Shown here: positions 26,131 through 39,410 of the stretch, piece by piece | Layout of the letters: the number at the start of each line of letters is the position of its first letter | Numbering within the stretch: position 1 is the first letter of the stretch | Source of the DNA: Epiperipatus broadwayi | Taxonomy: Eukaryota > Animalia > Onychophora | Direction of reading: 5' to 3' | Assembly: GCA_028023455.1 (NCBI GenBank) | Contig: JAQFVV010000009.1 | Coordinates: forward strand, 11,098,001-11,162,000 | Length of the DNA: 64,000 nucleotides | Notes under the pieces: generated by a model | Databases searched by the model: none | What the model saw: only the letters and a program-made list of their open reading frames with translations | Told to the model about the DNA's origin: nothing | Program-made: the position numbers and the translations under genes

Positions 26131-26221
26131 CGAAGACAACGAGTGAAACAGACTCTTCAGAGAAGACTGAAGAGTTAGGAAGTGGTGAAAACTTGCAGCA
26201 ATCATGGTGGGACATCAAAAG
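26131..26221 (+). CDS. Ca-alpha1D: Cav1 (L-type) calcium channel alpha-1 exon, distal I-II linker (xKTTSETDSSEKTEELGSGENLQQSWWDIK-S)
   Basis: Long poly-T acceptor (...ttttttttag) and GTAAGG donor. The 91 nt are open with phase-1 entry and phase-2 exit. The terminal AG joins T at 39250 to give Ser in frame. The TSET(D/E)S motif matches the Cav1 I-II linker exon preceding IIS1 (human Cav1.2 PTSETES). Confidence 0.85.
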
Positions 26222-26389
26222 GTAAGGAATATATATATTACTTTCATTTATCTATCTTAAATTATTTAAAAGGGAAACATTAAAATTATTAATTATTGTG
26301 TAGAAGAAAATATATTTTAAAATGTTTTAAAATTATTTACATAGAAGTTAGCATCTCTAAAGGCACATATTTTCTCTGCGCGCACGCAT

Positions 26390-26421
<32 letters not shown>

Positions 26422-27699
26422 GGATTAAACCTGCTCAACAAACATTATTTGCAATTTTTCTCTAAGTATGAATTTGAGATCAGCTTTTGTACTAGCAATT
26501 ATAAACAGTATTTATTAATTATAGTAGATAAAAAAATAAAATAAAAAAGCTCTAGATAGCCCATCATGTGATAATATCCTTTCCGGGATCTATTCATAGT
26601 AGAGTAGTGTAGAGAAATTATTCACCAAGTCAGCCATCTGCTAAATGAAAAGATATTGGAGATATTTCTCCCTTGTTTTACAATATTGATTAAAATAGTT
26701 ATATACTCATTTACTAATAAAAAACTGAACAACTAGATGGATTAGCTATGGATATGCTATTTGAATTATTTTTTTATTCAAATATAAACTCCAAGGCATA
26801 GTTTTGGCAGACAAATGGATAATCCTTAGATCTCAAAGCCCTTATAAATTGTTAAAATATTGGCATCACAAATAATAATTTTTAAAATAGTGGTAGTTTC
26901 ATATAAGATATTTGTTAAAAATATCAAAATGCTAACCTACATTCATTCAATGAAGATAATGAGAGATGTATATATGTACAAACATCTGTAAGTTCAGGAT
27001 AAATAATAAAATAGAGCTATTTAAAACATAAGAAAAATGATTTGAACAATTTGGAAAATATACAGCACTTCGAGATTATTTTTCATACAATCTTTTCTCT
27101 ATAAATAAAAACAAATATTGTCTTATGTGTTGGCTTGAGCATATTTCATTTAATATATATATATTAAATCAGTCAGTCATATGAGATAATCTTGAAGTAT
27201 TAAATATCTTATGTTATACATACATATAAAAGAATAATCTGAAATATTACATATATATTCATAACTGTAATTACCTATAATTACATTTTTATCATTTAAA
27301 TATTTGTTTACAAAGTTTTAAAATGAGAAAAAACTCTTTGTTAACTAAAAAATCAATCAGTTTAAAAATTATCTTACATTATATAGCTAGATTGGTTAAG
27401 ATTCACTCTTCTGGCTAAAATTGTTTATGACAAATTTCTTTATAACCAAAGAGAACTTAATTAGAGATAGTCCATTCTTTTATTATATATATTATTGATA
27501 CTGAAGCTAGAGAGCATATCAATGAACTGCTGTAAAATGATAATCTAAAATATTATATATGTATATGTGTGAGATATGTTTAATAAAAATATATATGATT
27601 ATTATAAATGTATAAAGTTAAATATAACATTTGTAAAAATATTTATTAGTAAAGCATATATGCACTTCTAAGTCTGATCTTGTTCTCAAGAAATCAAGA

Positions 27700-29250
27700 A
27701 TTTTATTTTCCATTCTCTAAAATAAAATATATAATAAAACATATCATTGATTTCAAAAATTATTGTCATAAATGTATGAAAATAAAGAAATAAAAAAATA
27801 ATTTTAATTCAACACCAGTTTTCATTTCAAATGCCTCAAATTTTCCACCTGTAATAATATTTCCTCTCACTTCAATTATATAAAACTTTATAATACAAAT
27901 AAATTTTGGTGGGCAGGCAATTAATTTAAGATAGTGAGTGATTAGATCTATGCTATTAATTGAATCAAATACCTTGAACAAATCAATAAAAACATTATAA
28001 ATTACTTCATTGTTCTTGACACTTTTCTTGTAATTGCTTGACAATAATATCTATCTCTATAGTGTTTTAATTCTCTAAATCCACATTGAATCTCTGATAA
28101 CCATTCATCTATGATGGGAAGCAAAGTACTTGAAAGTATTCTTGATGTAATGAATAGTAATGATATTCCATGATAATTACTATAATCCTATCTATTTCTT
28201 TTGTTTTTAGAAATTTGGAACAATAAAAGCATCCTTAAGATCTGGTAGTACAACTTTCTATGTCTATATATTCTTTAAAAAAATCTAATATTTTTGAAGC
28301 TATCATATCACTATTATATTTAAAATTTTTTCCAGATATAGCATTAGAACCTGCAGCCTTTCTATTTTTAAGATTACAAAGAGTTGTTTTGAGTTCACTA
28401 AACTGAACATCTTTGTCCAAATCTAAATGACTAGATACTCTATCATTAAAAGTTTTTATGTCAATTCTTGTATCATTATTCAAAAGTTGACAAAATACTT
28501 TCTTTCACTTGCTCAAAATATTACATATAAGAGAGTATCATTACTAAATTTTGTGGGATTGGGATATTCTTTCTCAGATCTCTATGTTGCTTTTGTTGCA
28601 TCAAAAAAAGAATCTAGAGTGATCATAATCACTGATAGTTTGTATTTTCTTTGCAATTTTAATTCACCAATCATTTTAGAGCTTTAATTACACAGTTGAA
28701 CTTCTGCATTCAGATCTCTATATTTATTACAAAGGTCATCATTTAATGTATTATATGGACAGGGAGGAAATGCCATCTGTATAATTTTAATTAAATCACT
28801 AATAATAAGACCATTATCAGAAAACTAATCATGATTCTTACTCCTTAAGAGAATTCTATGGTTCAGTAATATGATAGTCTTGAAGATTCAGATTAACAGT
28901 GTTAGTGTTTAATAACTGTTGAAATTTACTATGTGTAATAGATTATGATTGGAATAATATTTTTTCAATGCAACCATCATTTAAAGTGTACTAATCTATG
29001 ATTGGTACAACAATCCACATTTGTAAGTGCTCACAAAATGTGAATTTTTGTATTCTGAATCCTATTTATAATGTAAAGTATTAAAAGACATCGTTTTGAG
29101 TGTAGTTGTATTCACACTTATTTTGCAGTGGTTTTTCTGCCTAAGCAAAGTATTTGTAATAGTCAACCTATGTGTTGTGCAAAAATTTTAATAATGACAA
29201 ACCATTTAAATTTACAATACCAATACTAATAATTACAATGAGTGTAGCCA
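27700..29250 (-). mobile_element. Degraded RTE (BovB-like) LINE: endonuclease C-terminus to RT
   Basis: ORF 27766-28044 gives VFIDLFKVFDSI...IACPPKF. ORF 28235-28483 gives LKNRKAAGSNAIS. Upstream frames give FCTTHRLTITNTLLRQKN and DCCTNHRLV. Confidence 0.8.
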
Positions 29251-30017
29251 AAGTCTAGATGATAAGCATTATCATTTTTGTATTAATATGTTTATTATAT
29301 AAATATATTATTTTCATATATATATTATAACCTTTTAATTTGATAGAATCTCTAAAAAGACAAGTTTCTTAAAATTATCAAAATTTTAAATTTACAATAG
29401 TTAAACACTAAATGTATATATATATTTTAAAGTAAATATTTATCAAGTATTAATGTATTTCAAGTGGGGTTGAGTTGTAGTGGATTAATCACACATTTTT
29501 TACTAAATCATATAAATTGTATACCTCAATAATACATTGATTAGTAATATGATTTTATAATTATGGTTTAAAATCAATTATATTTGTTAAAGTCAGTAGT
29601 GTTATTTTAAATTATGTGTCTGAGAAGTCTTAACGTGATTAAAATTTTATTTATTAAATCTATTTGTTACATTTAAAAAAAGTTGATAAAATATAAATTA
29701 ATATGATTAAATCGTTTAAATCAATAAAATATTATTTAAAAAATAAATGTATATAGTTTTCAAATTTGATATTATGAATTTATATATGATAAGATAAAAA
29801 GTGTTTAAGAAACTTTATCAATATTTTATAGTAAATCAAATATATGTGATTTTTTTTTGTGAGAAAATATAAATAATTTTATAACTGAAACACAGGCTTG
29901 TTATATACCTGTGGCTATATATGTGTAATATAGGGTATATGAGCACAGACTTTCACACCACCCACCTCTCTCCACTCTATCTAATAACACTGATACACCT
30001 AAACACATATATGCTGA

Positions 30018-30091
30018 AAAGATAAATAATCACCAATATACGTATTTCATGCTAAACCAGCAATCATCAGTTGGTCCAGACTATCATCTTT
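30018..30091 (-). ncRNA. Type I hammerhead ribozyme motif, family B, mirror copy
   Basis: Exact reverse-complement copy of 30115-30188 within the palindrome. Confidence 0.85.
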
Positions 30092-30114
30092 ACACACATG
30101 CTATATATGTGTGT

Positions 30115-30188
30115 AAAGATGATAGTCTGGACCAACTGATGATTGCTGGTTTAGCATGAAATACGTATATTGGTGATTATTTATCTTT
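30115..30188 (+). ncRNA. Type I hammerhead ribozyme motif (minimal, palindromic stem III), family B, sense to Cav1
   Basis: The layout is ACCAA-CUGAUGA(30136-30142)-U UGCUG GUU UAGCA U-GAAA(30158-30161)-UACGUA-UA(cleavage after 30169)-UUGGU. Stem I extends AAAGAU G AUAGUC [UGG bulge] ACCAA against UUGGU GAUUAU U [U] AUCUUU. A-UACGUA-U is self-complementary. Confidence 0.85.
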
Positions 30189-33100
30189 TCAGCATATATG
30201 TGTTTAGGTGTATCAGTGTTATTAGATAGAGTGGAGAGAGGTGGGTGGTGTGAAAGTCTGTGCTCATATACCCTATATTATAAATAATTTTATTAAATCT
30301 TTGATTTTGAAGTTAGTTTTAAAATAAATGACCAATTAGGACCTAGAGATTGTAAATGTTTACGTCACTGTTTAATAATAATAAAAAAGCAGACGATTTT
30401 TTTTTGTTAAAAAAAAAAAAAGAATGGGATAAAAAAATAATAATAACTATAAGAGATTATTGTAAAAAATTTAAATCTATTTAATATTTGATTTTAAAAT
30501 TTCACAAACGTGATAAATATTGTTGAATACATATAAGCAAATTGTAATATATTATTTTAATAATAATAATAATGGATTAAATTAACAAATACTTTATTAG
30601 GAGGTAAGGCTTTGACCTCGGCTATTCATTAACTTTGGAATAAATACATTGCTTAAGGAAAAGTTCCACCATGATTTCAGGAAAAATATTTTATTTAAAT
30701 CAAATATTAGAATATAGATGTGCCCAAAACTTTGGAAAGATAAACGTAATTATTGATGTTTGTTTTACTTATTTTAAAAAGTATTTTAAATTAATCAATT
30801 ATTTGTGTAATAATAATTCTGATTTAAAGTTTAAAGAATTGTTAATTAAGGAACTAGTTGGTAAGAAAAAAATGCTGTTTATTACAGTGATCAAAATTAT
30901 TTAAATAAGAACAATTAAACATATTTTATGGAATCAAGATAATGATGTTGTTATAAATAATAATAAATCTTTATTAAAATATTATTGAATTAATATATGA
31001 AAAATATATGATAAGTATCTAGTATCATATAAAATAATATCTTTAAATCAGAAGAGAAAAACTTTTATCATTTTTTAAAGATTTTAAATGTCGATAAACT
31101 TTTTCTATAATAAAATATAGAATGAAGGATAAGTAGAGACATACGTATTAAAATATATGGAATCATGTATGACTAGATTTATATACTATAATCCATGACT
31201 AAAATTTAAATAAATAGGTTTTTATAATGATTAGTATAGTTTACAAATGAAAGATTTCAAAGGAAAACATTTAAAATAATAATTCACAAAAAGGATTTGT
31301 AATCTATAGTCTTAAAGAATGTGCACAGATTAAAAATTCAACCTTATGGAATTCCAAAATTATCACCTTTTGTTCTATATAGTGCTACAAAACAGTAAAA
31401 CATCTGCATACAATTTTTTGTTATGGAAAGTTTTATGTTTATTTTCATTGTGATTGCAGGAGAAAAAGTAGAGAGGAAATTAAAATACAGTTTGTTTCAG
31501 TGAAACTCCCTACATTCTTTTGTTGCCAAAGAAATTAATACATGTTAGTGATATTAATGTGTTTAGGTTTAAAGTTCAAGAAAGAAGAGAATTATTGATA
31601 TATTTATTTATTAAAAATGAAAACAAATGGGGGGGGGGGATTATAGAATTACAGTAAAATTAGTTGTTTTTTTACATATTTTAATTTATGTTTAGGTATT
31701 ACTATGTTATAGATATTAAAAGTAATAGAGTATGATATATTACATACATCTATATTTATTATTTTATTTTCTAATTATTTGCTCATAGGTGAAATTTTTT
31801 AAAAAATAATACAAATTATAGTATTGAATAATATATTGAATAATGTTGTTATTTCCAAGAAAAGCATAATATGATCTCATAATTTTATATAATAAAATAT
31901 ATTATAATATAACATTTGTAATGTTATTAAGATTTGTTTTCTATCATTGATTATGTTCATCGAAGAGAAGTCTATATTCAGGATTAAAGATTAATTGGGT
32001 CCTCATTTTCTTTATATTGGAAGTGATATTGTTGTAGTGATAGTATTTCTTACTAGAAAAGTGTATTAGTTATAATTGTGTCAGAGAAAGTTTTGTTTAA
32101 TCTTGATATGATTAGTAGTGGGTAATTGGTTAACTCTGATAAGATATCAGTAGTTTAGTAGGTTATTCATTGAACATGTAGTTAGGTAGGTAACTGATAA
32201 TATTCCCATAAGTGCTATAAAGAAATAAGCCAGGATAGGAAAAAAATGTTTACTTCATGTCAATGTTAGGGAAGGCCTTAGGTTACATTTATCTTATTTC
32301 TTTGATTCATTAAGCCTAACTATATAACACACACTTAAATATTTTATCAAATTATGCACATGGGAGAATACATCATTTGAATTTTATTATTCTTGTAAAG
32401 GATTGGGACCCTGTGCCTTCAAAAGAGGAAGAAAAGAGAATCATATAAGATTATAATATTCATATACAAATTGAATGACCAATACTATAAATGGTTATGT
32501 TTTTTAAATAATAACATTAAATGAGATCAAATATAAAAAAAAAAATTACTTGTGTATAAAATGTTATAATAATATTGGTATATATATATGGGATAAAATT
32601 GTAATTCAGATACTAAATATAAGGTGATTTATTAATATATATTAGATATAAAACTGTCTTTAAGAAAGATGAATATAAAATAAGAATTAAAACAATATCT
32701 TAAGTATTGATGTAAGGTATAATGAAAATATGTTTGATATTACATTAATGAACTGTGTTTAAAAAAATAGTAATTATTTTAAAACTTATTTTTTTGAACA
32801 TGGTTAAATAGGTTTAAACATGATATTTAATGAATGTATTTGTAAGATAAGGATTATTAATTTTAATAATCTTTAATTTTATTTTATTTTAAAATTTAAA
32901 AGTATTTGTATTGGATAAAAGTAATGTATTTAAAGTGAAAATTGATAAAATGTCATAAAATACATTGTCATCAATTTTAACATAATAACACACAATCTTG
33001 TGTAAATATATATTCTTTTATGATATCATATCTCTGAGTAGACCCTATAAATTTTATTTGATTTTAATGGTTTACGATCACATACATTAAAAGCATATGA

Positions 33101-35371
33101 TCATGGCATAGTTATTGATAAAAAAAGATATATAAAAAAAATGATACATATTTTATTGTGAGATTAATGAGCTAATCAATTGTTAAGGATGTAATAATGT
33201 AATTATACATACAGAATTTAATATATGGAAAGCAAGATTATAAATGTACAGTTTGGTAATTGTTTTAAAAATAGCATGAATAGTCTAAGGAATTCACATA
33301 TGAAAAGAGAATATATATTTTATTTATCATGAAAATTATATGATATAATTTATAAGTAAAATAATAATGTAAATTTTAATAAATTGGAAATGAAATTTAT
33401 TAATAAAATTATTGTTTTCACTTCTTTGTGTTTGTTTGTTGATATATAATGCAGTTGAATGTTATGAATATTATTTCAGGAATAAATGGTAGTAGTATGA
33501 TTAGAAATATAGATTACTTGATGAAACCCAATAAAAGAATTATTCAATGTGATTTTTAGTATTCTTACAGAATATTAAATTATATGGGTAATCAAGTTAA
33601 TTGTAATTATATGAATTTTTATTTAATTTTATGAATAATTAATAAACTTAATATAATTAAAATTATGAAGGTTGTACATGTTTGTATTATTGCTATTGTT
33701 ATTATAATATTATAGGTGGTGGAATCTTAATAAAATACCTCTTATTATTCCACTATCTGAGTTAGAATTATTTTAATTGTAAATAAATAGTAAACCCTAA
33801 GAATTTATGAAAGTATTTTTTTAAATGTAAATTTGATTTTAAAGTTAGTAAAAGGATAAAACATTATTTAGGAGTATTAATGATTATCAAGTAAGTTAAA
33901 CACTATCCCAAGATAATAGAAGATAAATTGTTCTTAATAAATTTAGTTATTGATTTATTGTAAGGTTTTTTGAAATAGTTAATAATATATCATAATGAAT
34001 TCTTTTGCAATATTCAATGTCATTGGATAAGTACTTTGTATGAATCTAATGTTCAAACTCATTACATTTGTAACTAACAACACCATAGGATTTTAGTTAT
34101 ATTATAAAGTTAGATAATATATTATATCTTTAGAACAATATTATTGGTAATATCTTATTGGTTATTAATAAATTACTCAAAGCTGAGCTAGGTCTTTTTG
34201 TTGACTGTTATTGACAGTCATTGAATAAATAACTTTTTGGAAGATTACAATATATATATATATATATATTGTTATTATCAATTAAATATCTATTGTAATG
34301 TTTTGCCTCTAAAACTGTAGATTTTGTTTCTGGTTCAGTCTAATTACTAAACTTTTGCTGAAACAAAATAATAGTAATAAATGATTTGCCACATAATTTT
34401 TTATATTTTATTTCTTTTTGTTTTACATTTGGGAAAATTTATTTAATAAAGTGATTGTAAAGTAAGGCAAATTACACTATTTTGACTTTGTAATAGGAAG
34501 TTTAATTTATGTGCTTGTTTGAGAAATTGTAATTGTTCTCCATAATTTTGTAATCTGTTCACCAGATGAAAAGGACAAGAGAATTTTTTTGGGAAATATT
34601 GGGAGAGCCGGAAGTTTAAAAACTTGTGTATCCTTATCAGAAATTATAGCCTTATTTTTTATTTACATACCATAATTGTCTACTGATATGTAAAGAATAA
34701 GTTCACAATCAAATATACATTACTAATGTTAAATTTTTAAAGTAAATCATAAATATTTAACACAGAAATTTATAATATCTTAAATTTTAAAAAACAGTAA
34801 TAATTCAATTAATATTATTTATTATTTTGATAGACTAAAATACATCTAAGTGATATTTGCAAACATTTGACAATGAAAATATTTTCACTATTAAATTTAA
34901 GAATATCAAGTGTGTAAATTCGGGTCCTGATTAAAGCAACTTGAAATAAAATGTATTCAGTGCAATAATTTTAGAAGCAGGATGAAACTTGGAAAAACAT
35001 TATCATCCCCAATGAATAAATAAAATGATAAAATATAAAAAAATCTTGTCTATAAAACCCTATTTTCTCTCTTGACTGATTGGTGAATGCATTAATGTTT
35101 GTCCGATATTACCTGTAAAATTCACAATGAGGTATATTTTCAATGAAAAAATTATTTGTTTCATTAAGCCTTAATAACTCTGCCAAATTTTATGAATGGT
35201 AATGAGGTTGTCACTATTTTGGTATTCAAATATCTTTAGCTGGAAGGTTTGATGGCTCCTGCTAAAGAACCTGGGACCACTAGCACCGAAGGAGCTGGGG
35301 TAAAGGTTGCCATTTAGCTTTGGAAACAACCACAAAGCAGATTTGCATTAAAGTGCTTTATGCTTTTATTG

Positions 35372-35888
35372 TCTGTCAATCCCCTAATATAGTTTCAGAT
35401 GAATGACTTACTCAGTGATTTTTACTAAAAAAAACAACAACATATATTTACATTCAATCTTTAAAAAAATTTGTTAAAGTAATCAATTAAAAAAATATTA
35501 CAAATATTATATTTACTAAAAAATACTATAAAAATGACAAGCCAAAGGGTTGGTATTTTTGTATTAATAAACAGTAACTATTAATAAAGCTTAAAATCTA
35601 TTACATTTGCCTGTTAGTTGTCAAAAATCGGAATAAATAGATACATTTTTTATTCAAGGACACTCCAATAAATATATAGTTGTGCCTTAATTCTGTTAAA
35701 TATAACAGGTATATTTAAAAATTTTAATTTTAGTTTAGGTTTATTAGAATGCTTTTGTAATCTGTCAATCCCCTAATATAGTTCAGATTAATGATATTTT
35801 CAGCAGTATTTAGTCAAAAAACATATATATACATTAATTTTTTTTTTAAATGTTAAAGTTATCAATTAAAAAAAATTATAAATATTAG
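35372..35888 (-). repeat. Diverged direct duplication (about 130-140 bp) with decayed hammerhead-like motifs
   Basis: TCTGTCAATCCCCTAATATAGTT(T)CAGAT... occurs at 35372 and 35761. Minus-strand reads are CUGAGUA..GAAA CUAU AU UAGGGGA and CUGCUGA..GAAC UAUA UU AGGGGA, resembling family A. Confidence 0.55.
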
Positions 35889-38455
35889 CTTTAATAATAG
35901 GTTATTTTTATTACAAAGAATTTAATGTGAGGGAAGTAATGATATCAAATTAAACTATCAAAACAATGGCATTTCAAGAGGCTGGGTACATCTGGTAATT
36001 ACATAAGGAGCATGAGAATCAGCACTTATTCTATTATTTCTTCTTTCATCTGTAAATTCCAGCAATCTATACTCTCTACTATTTGACTATCTTTCTCTTG
36101 AATTATACCCTGCATTTGACTTATAAATTGACTATTTTTGTCCTACTTTTTCTTATTTTCCTCCATTATCATCCATATCTTTTAAGCACTTTTTTCAATT
36201 TTTTTGTCCTGCTCTTTCTTATATTCTTCCATTGTTTGGGTAATATTCTGGATAGCTTCCCCTTAGCTCTTGCTCATTATTTTATTGCTGATTATTTTTT
36301 TCTGAGTGATATTTTCCATTCTAATTTATATCTTTTGATTGTAATCTCTTATTTTTCTTAACAACCTTTTTTCTTTTTGGTGGTTATTTTTTTCATTCTC
36401 ATTAGAATCATTTCTGTTCTGTTTTTTTTTTTTTTTGATTATTCACTTTTCTTTGTTAATTGCTTTCTTTCTGAAAGCAACATCTGACTTTATTGATCAT
36501 TTCTATTATCTTTAGCAGCATTTTATTTTCTTCTGTTCTCTTTTTATTATTCTCTTCTTTTTGCTTTTTCATTTTTTTAAACATTTCATCTAATCTCTTT
36601 CTATTTTCTTTTTCTCTTTATTGATTAGTTTCATTTCCTTAAACATTTGCAATAAGTGGGCTGGCATAGTCATCTCCTTCATTCTTTGAGTTCCTTCAGT
36701 TGATTACAGATCTTTTCTCAGATCATGTTCTTTCTTCATTTTTTTAATGTTTGCTCTTGTCAGCATATATGTTTATATTAGATCACTTTTAATCTTAAAA
36801 AAAAAAAAAAAACTATATTGAATTACTTTTACAACAAAACCAAATGTAAACTAATATTTGATTATTTGTATCTTCAAAATAATGTAAATCTTTTTTTAAA
36901 ATATTATTTAATAAAATAAGCCTCACATCATCCCTCACTTCTATATGACCTTTTACTATTATATAATAATACTACTATTATTACCCTAATCTGCCTCTCA
37001 TTGAAACTGACTCTCAATACCTGATTTAATTTGTTTATTCTAATTTATTTACCCTTACTTTATTCTCAAATTTTATCCTGCTTATGCATGTGTGACTAAT
37101 TTTCTTATTCGCTATTATTTTAATTTTTATTTTGTTTTAACTACATGTGTATACATAAAATGAAATTTATAAAATAAACCATTTGCTCAAAAACCTTTTC
37201 CAGAGATCTGAATAGCATCTGACAGCAAAAGAAAGTATAATGACTCACAATCCTGGGATAGATAAAGAATCCCACCACCAGATCATAAGTACACAATGCA
37301 GCATGAAAGTGAGGTCTATCTCAATTTAATGACTATAATCTACTTACAATCCAAAATAGAAATAATAATGTAAAACCTTTTCAAAGCTATGCCTCTTTGA
37401 GTCTTAAAAGCTGGTAAATACAAACTTAGAGGCTGAGGTTCATGGCATAGGACTACATTAACTAATCATGATAAATAACTGGAAATATCAAAATTCCAAA
37501 ATGGATTTGGTATAGTGTTAATACAGAATACTTCATGGAGCTACATGAAAATATTTCATCCTCAAGTCAATGACAAAATCCTCCATCCACCACCAGCCCT
37601 GACAGTACAGTTAAACAAACTTCAATAGTCAAAAGTTCAATCCATCTCCAAAAATCATACTTTGATTTTCAGTTTTACTTTACATATGAACTCTTTTTAA
37701 ATATACATAATGTTCCTATCACTAATTTTATAATTTATAATTAATTATAATTTAATCAACAAATTATCATCTATAATCTTATCACATATTTCACAGTAAT
37801 ATTTTTTTCTATTAATTCTGTATCAAATTTTTTTTTTCCTCAGGTGAAATTATATTTGAGCTTCAAGTTATGGGGTCATTTTTTATAGTGACCACAAGAA
37901 CTGCATTTGTATTGTCAAAAGAATAAGAATAAATAGTGATGATGACTCTTTAATCTCAATAGTATCAACTGTCATAACATTATGGTCTTTATTTCTCTTT
38001 AGTATTCAAATGTAGGAAATAATGTAAAATCTCTCTACTTGCTTAGATATCCCTCTAATGATTCATTCCATTTATGTTAGAAAAGAAATCATTTTTATTA
38101 ATGCCATGCGTGAGTTGAAAAGCACATCTTAATAAACTATAAACTAAACACTACTAATTGCCTTAGTTGAAAAATTCCTAGCTTAAGTTGTCACTTGGCA
38201 GTGTTTTCAAAATTATCATATCACTTTCAATCAATGTATCTAAAGAAATTTCTTTAATATTACTATATTGTTTAACTTTCTTTTCAAAAGAACTTTATTA
38301 CTATGAAAATTTACATTAAAGAGAGTCAAAAGGGAAAGAAATATATTGCTGGTAAATTTAGGTAAAGGAGTTATGTGCCAAAACGGGGACTAAATTAGAT
38401 GTGAAGCTCAATCTGGGTCAATAGGAGTAGTGATGTATAAACAGTTTATACGTTT

Positions 38456-38522
38456 TGATGTATACTGTATAAACTTCTAGCATGAATGATGTATACTCTA
38501 TAAACTTGTAGCATGAATGATG
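38456..38522. repeat. 31-bp tandem duplication (2 mismatches)
   Basis: TGATGTATACT(G/C)TATAAACTT(C/G)TAGCATGAA occurs twice, followed by TGATG. Confidence 0.85.
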
Positions 38523-39249
38523 GTCATGAAGCGTGGGTTGTTGCAATATTAGTTAGTTCCTTCATATTATTGGTTTTAGATGGTGTTGTAATCAATGTGG
38601 CTTAGATCAACTTTTTTTTTTACAATGTTTTAATGTAAATAGAGAAATGTTAGTACTATTATTTATTTAGTTTTCCATTTATTTGTTTAAATTTTTGTGT
38701 AACTTCATCTTTATGACTAATTATAATTCATCTTTTGTAGTTTATCTGTACATATTTATTTCTGTAAATAAATTTATTTTTTCAGCAACAATAAATGTAC
38801 AATAGTATCCCACAGGTTGTTAATGAATGTCTGCATATGTATAGTATATATTAGTGGTAAATTCCTAATTTTAATGTTATTGTTTTTTAATGTATATGTA
38901 TTTATTAAAATTTTAATTGCTAATAATATTTTTAAAATTATAATGTTTTATTTAGAATGAGAAATATCAATTTTAAATGTATCTTTTATTTTTAATTTAA
39001 AATTTATAATGCATTGTTTTATTTTTTTCTTCTCTGAAAAAAAACTACAAAATATAGATTTATATTGCTTATTTTTTTGTAATGAGTTTCTATCATATAT
39101 ACATAGATAAATGAGTGTGCATATTTGCAAAAGCTCAAAGTTTTTATCAAACACACATATAATGTTTATAAATACATATAAAGAAATATAGATTTGAATA
39201 TGTGTATAGACATATGTTAATGTATATAAATTTATGATTTTTATTTTAG

Positions 39250-39410
39250 TCGAAGATTAAAAAGAATAAATCGACGTTGCAGGAGAGCTTGTCGAAGAGC
39301 CGTTAAATCTCAAGCTTTTTATTGGCTTGTTATTATTATGGTATTTTTAAATACCTGTGTTCTTACCTCGGAACATTATAATCAACCAGAATGGTTGGAT
39401 GCCTTCCAGG
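39250..39410 (+). CDS. Ca-alpha1D: Cav1 alpha-1 exon, end of I-II linker plus IIS1 ([53 protein letters not shown])
   Basis: Acceptor ttattttag and donor GTATAA. The 161 nt carry the recognisable Cav AVKS..FYW...VFLNT....EHYNQP.WL motif, and phases match both neighbouring exons. Confidence 0.95.

Larger units (their letters stand above)
29926..30280. repeat. Perfect 355-bp palindrome (174-bp arms, 7-nt spacer) carrying two hammerheads
   Basis: 29926-30099 is the exact reverse complement of 30107-30280, checked base by base. The spacer is GCTATAT. Confidence 0.95.

Noticed and set aside
26168-26196. CTGAAGA...GAAA inside the Cav1 exon
   Set aside because: There is no stem II, stem III or stem I pairing, so it is a coincidence of codons.
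30600-31450. Possible piggyBac-like remnant (KFKELLIKELV; Cys-rich tail)
   Set aside because: Only vague motif resemblance, with no catalytic DDD motifs, TIRs or TTAA duplication identified.
31629-31639. Poly-G runs (also about 50530 and 62416)
   Set aside because: They are simple homopolymers with no supporting context.
33400-35340. Possible decayed Penelope ORF on the minus strand downstream of the 35-kb repeats (GVVSYKC, NIGQT)
   Set aside because: The matches are a few residues in broken frames of AT-rich DNA and cannot be supported without a profile search.
36050-36780. Hydrophobic plus-strand ORFs such as 36083-36361 (also 13488-13781, 39996-40560, 41396-41611)
   Set aside because: They are shadows of purine-rich minus-strand retroelement debris, with no protein motifs or splice support.
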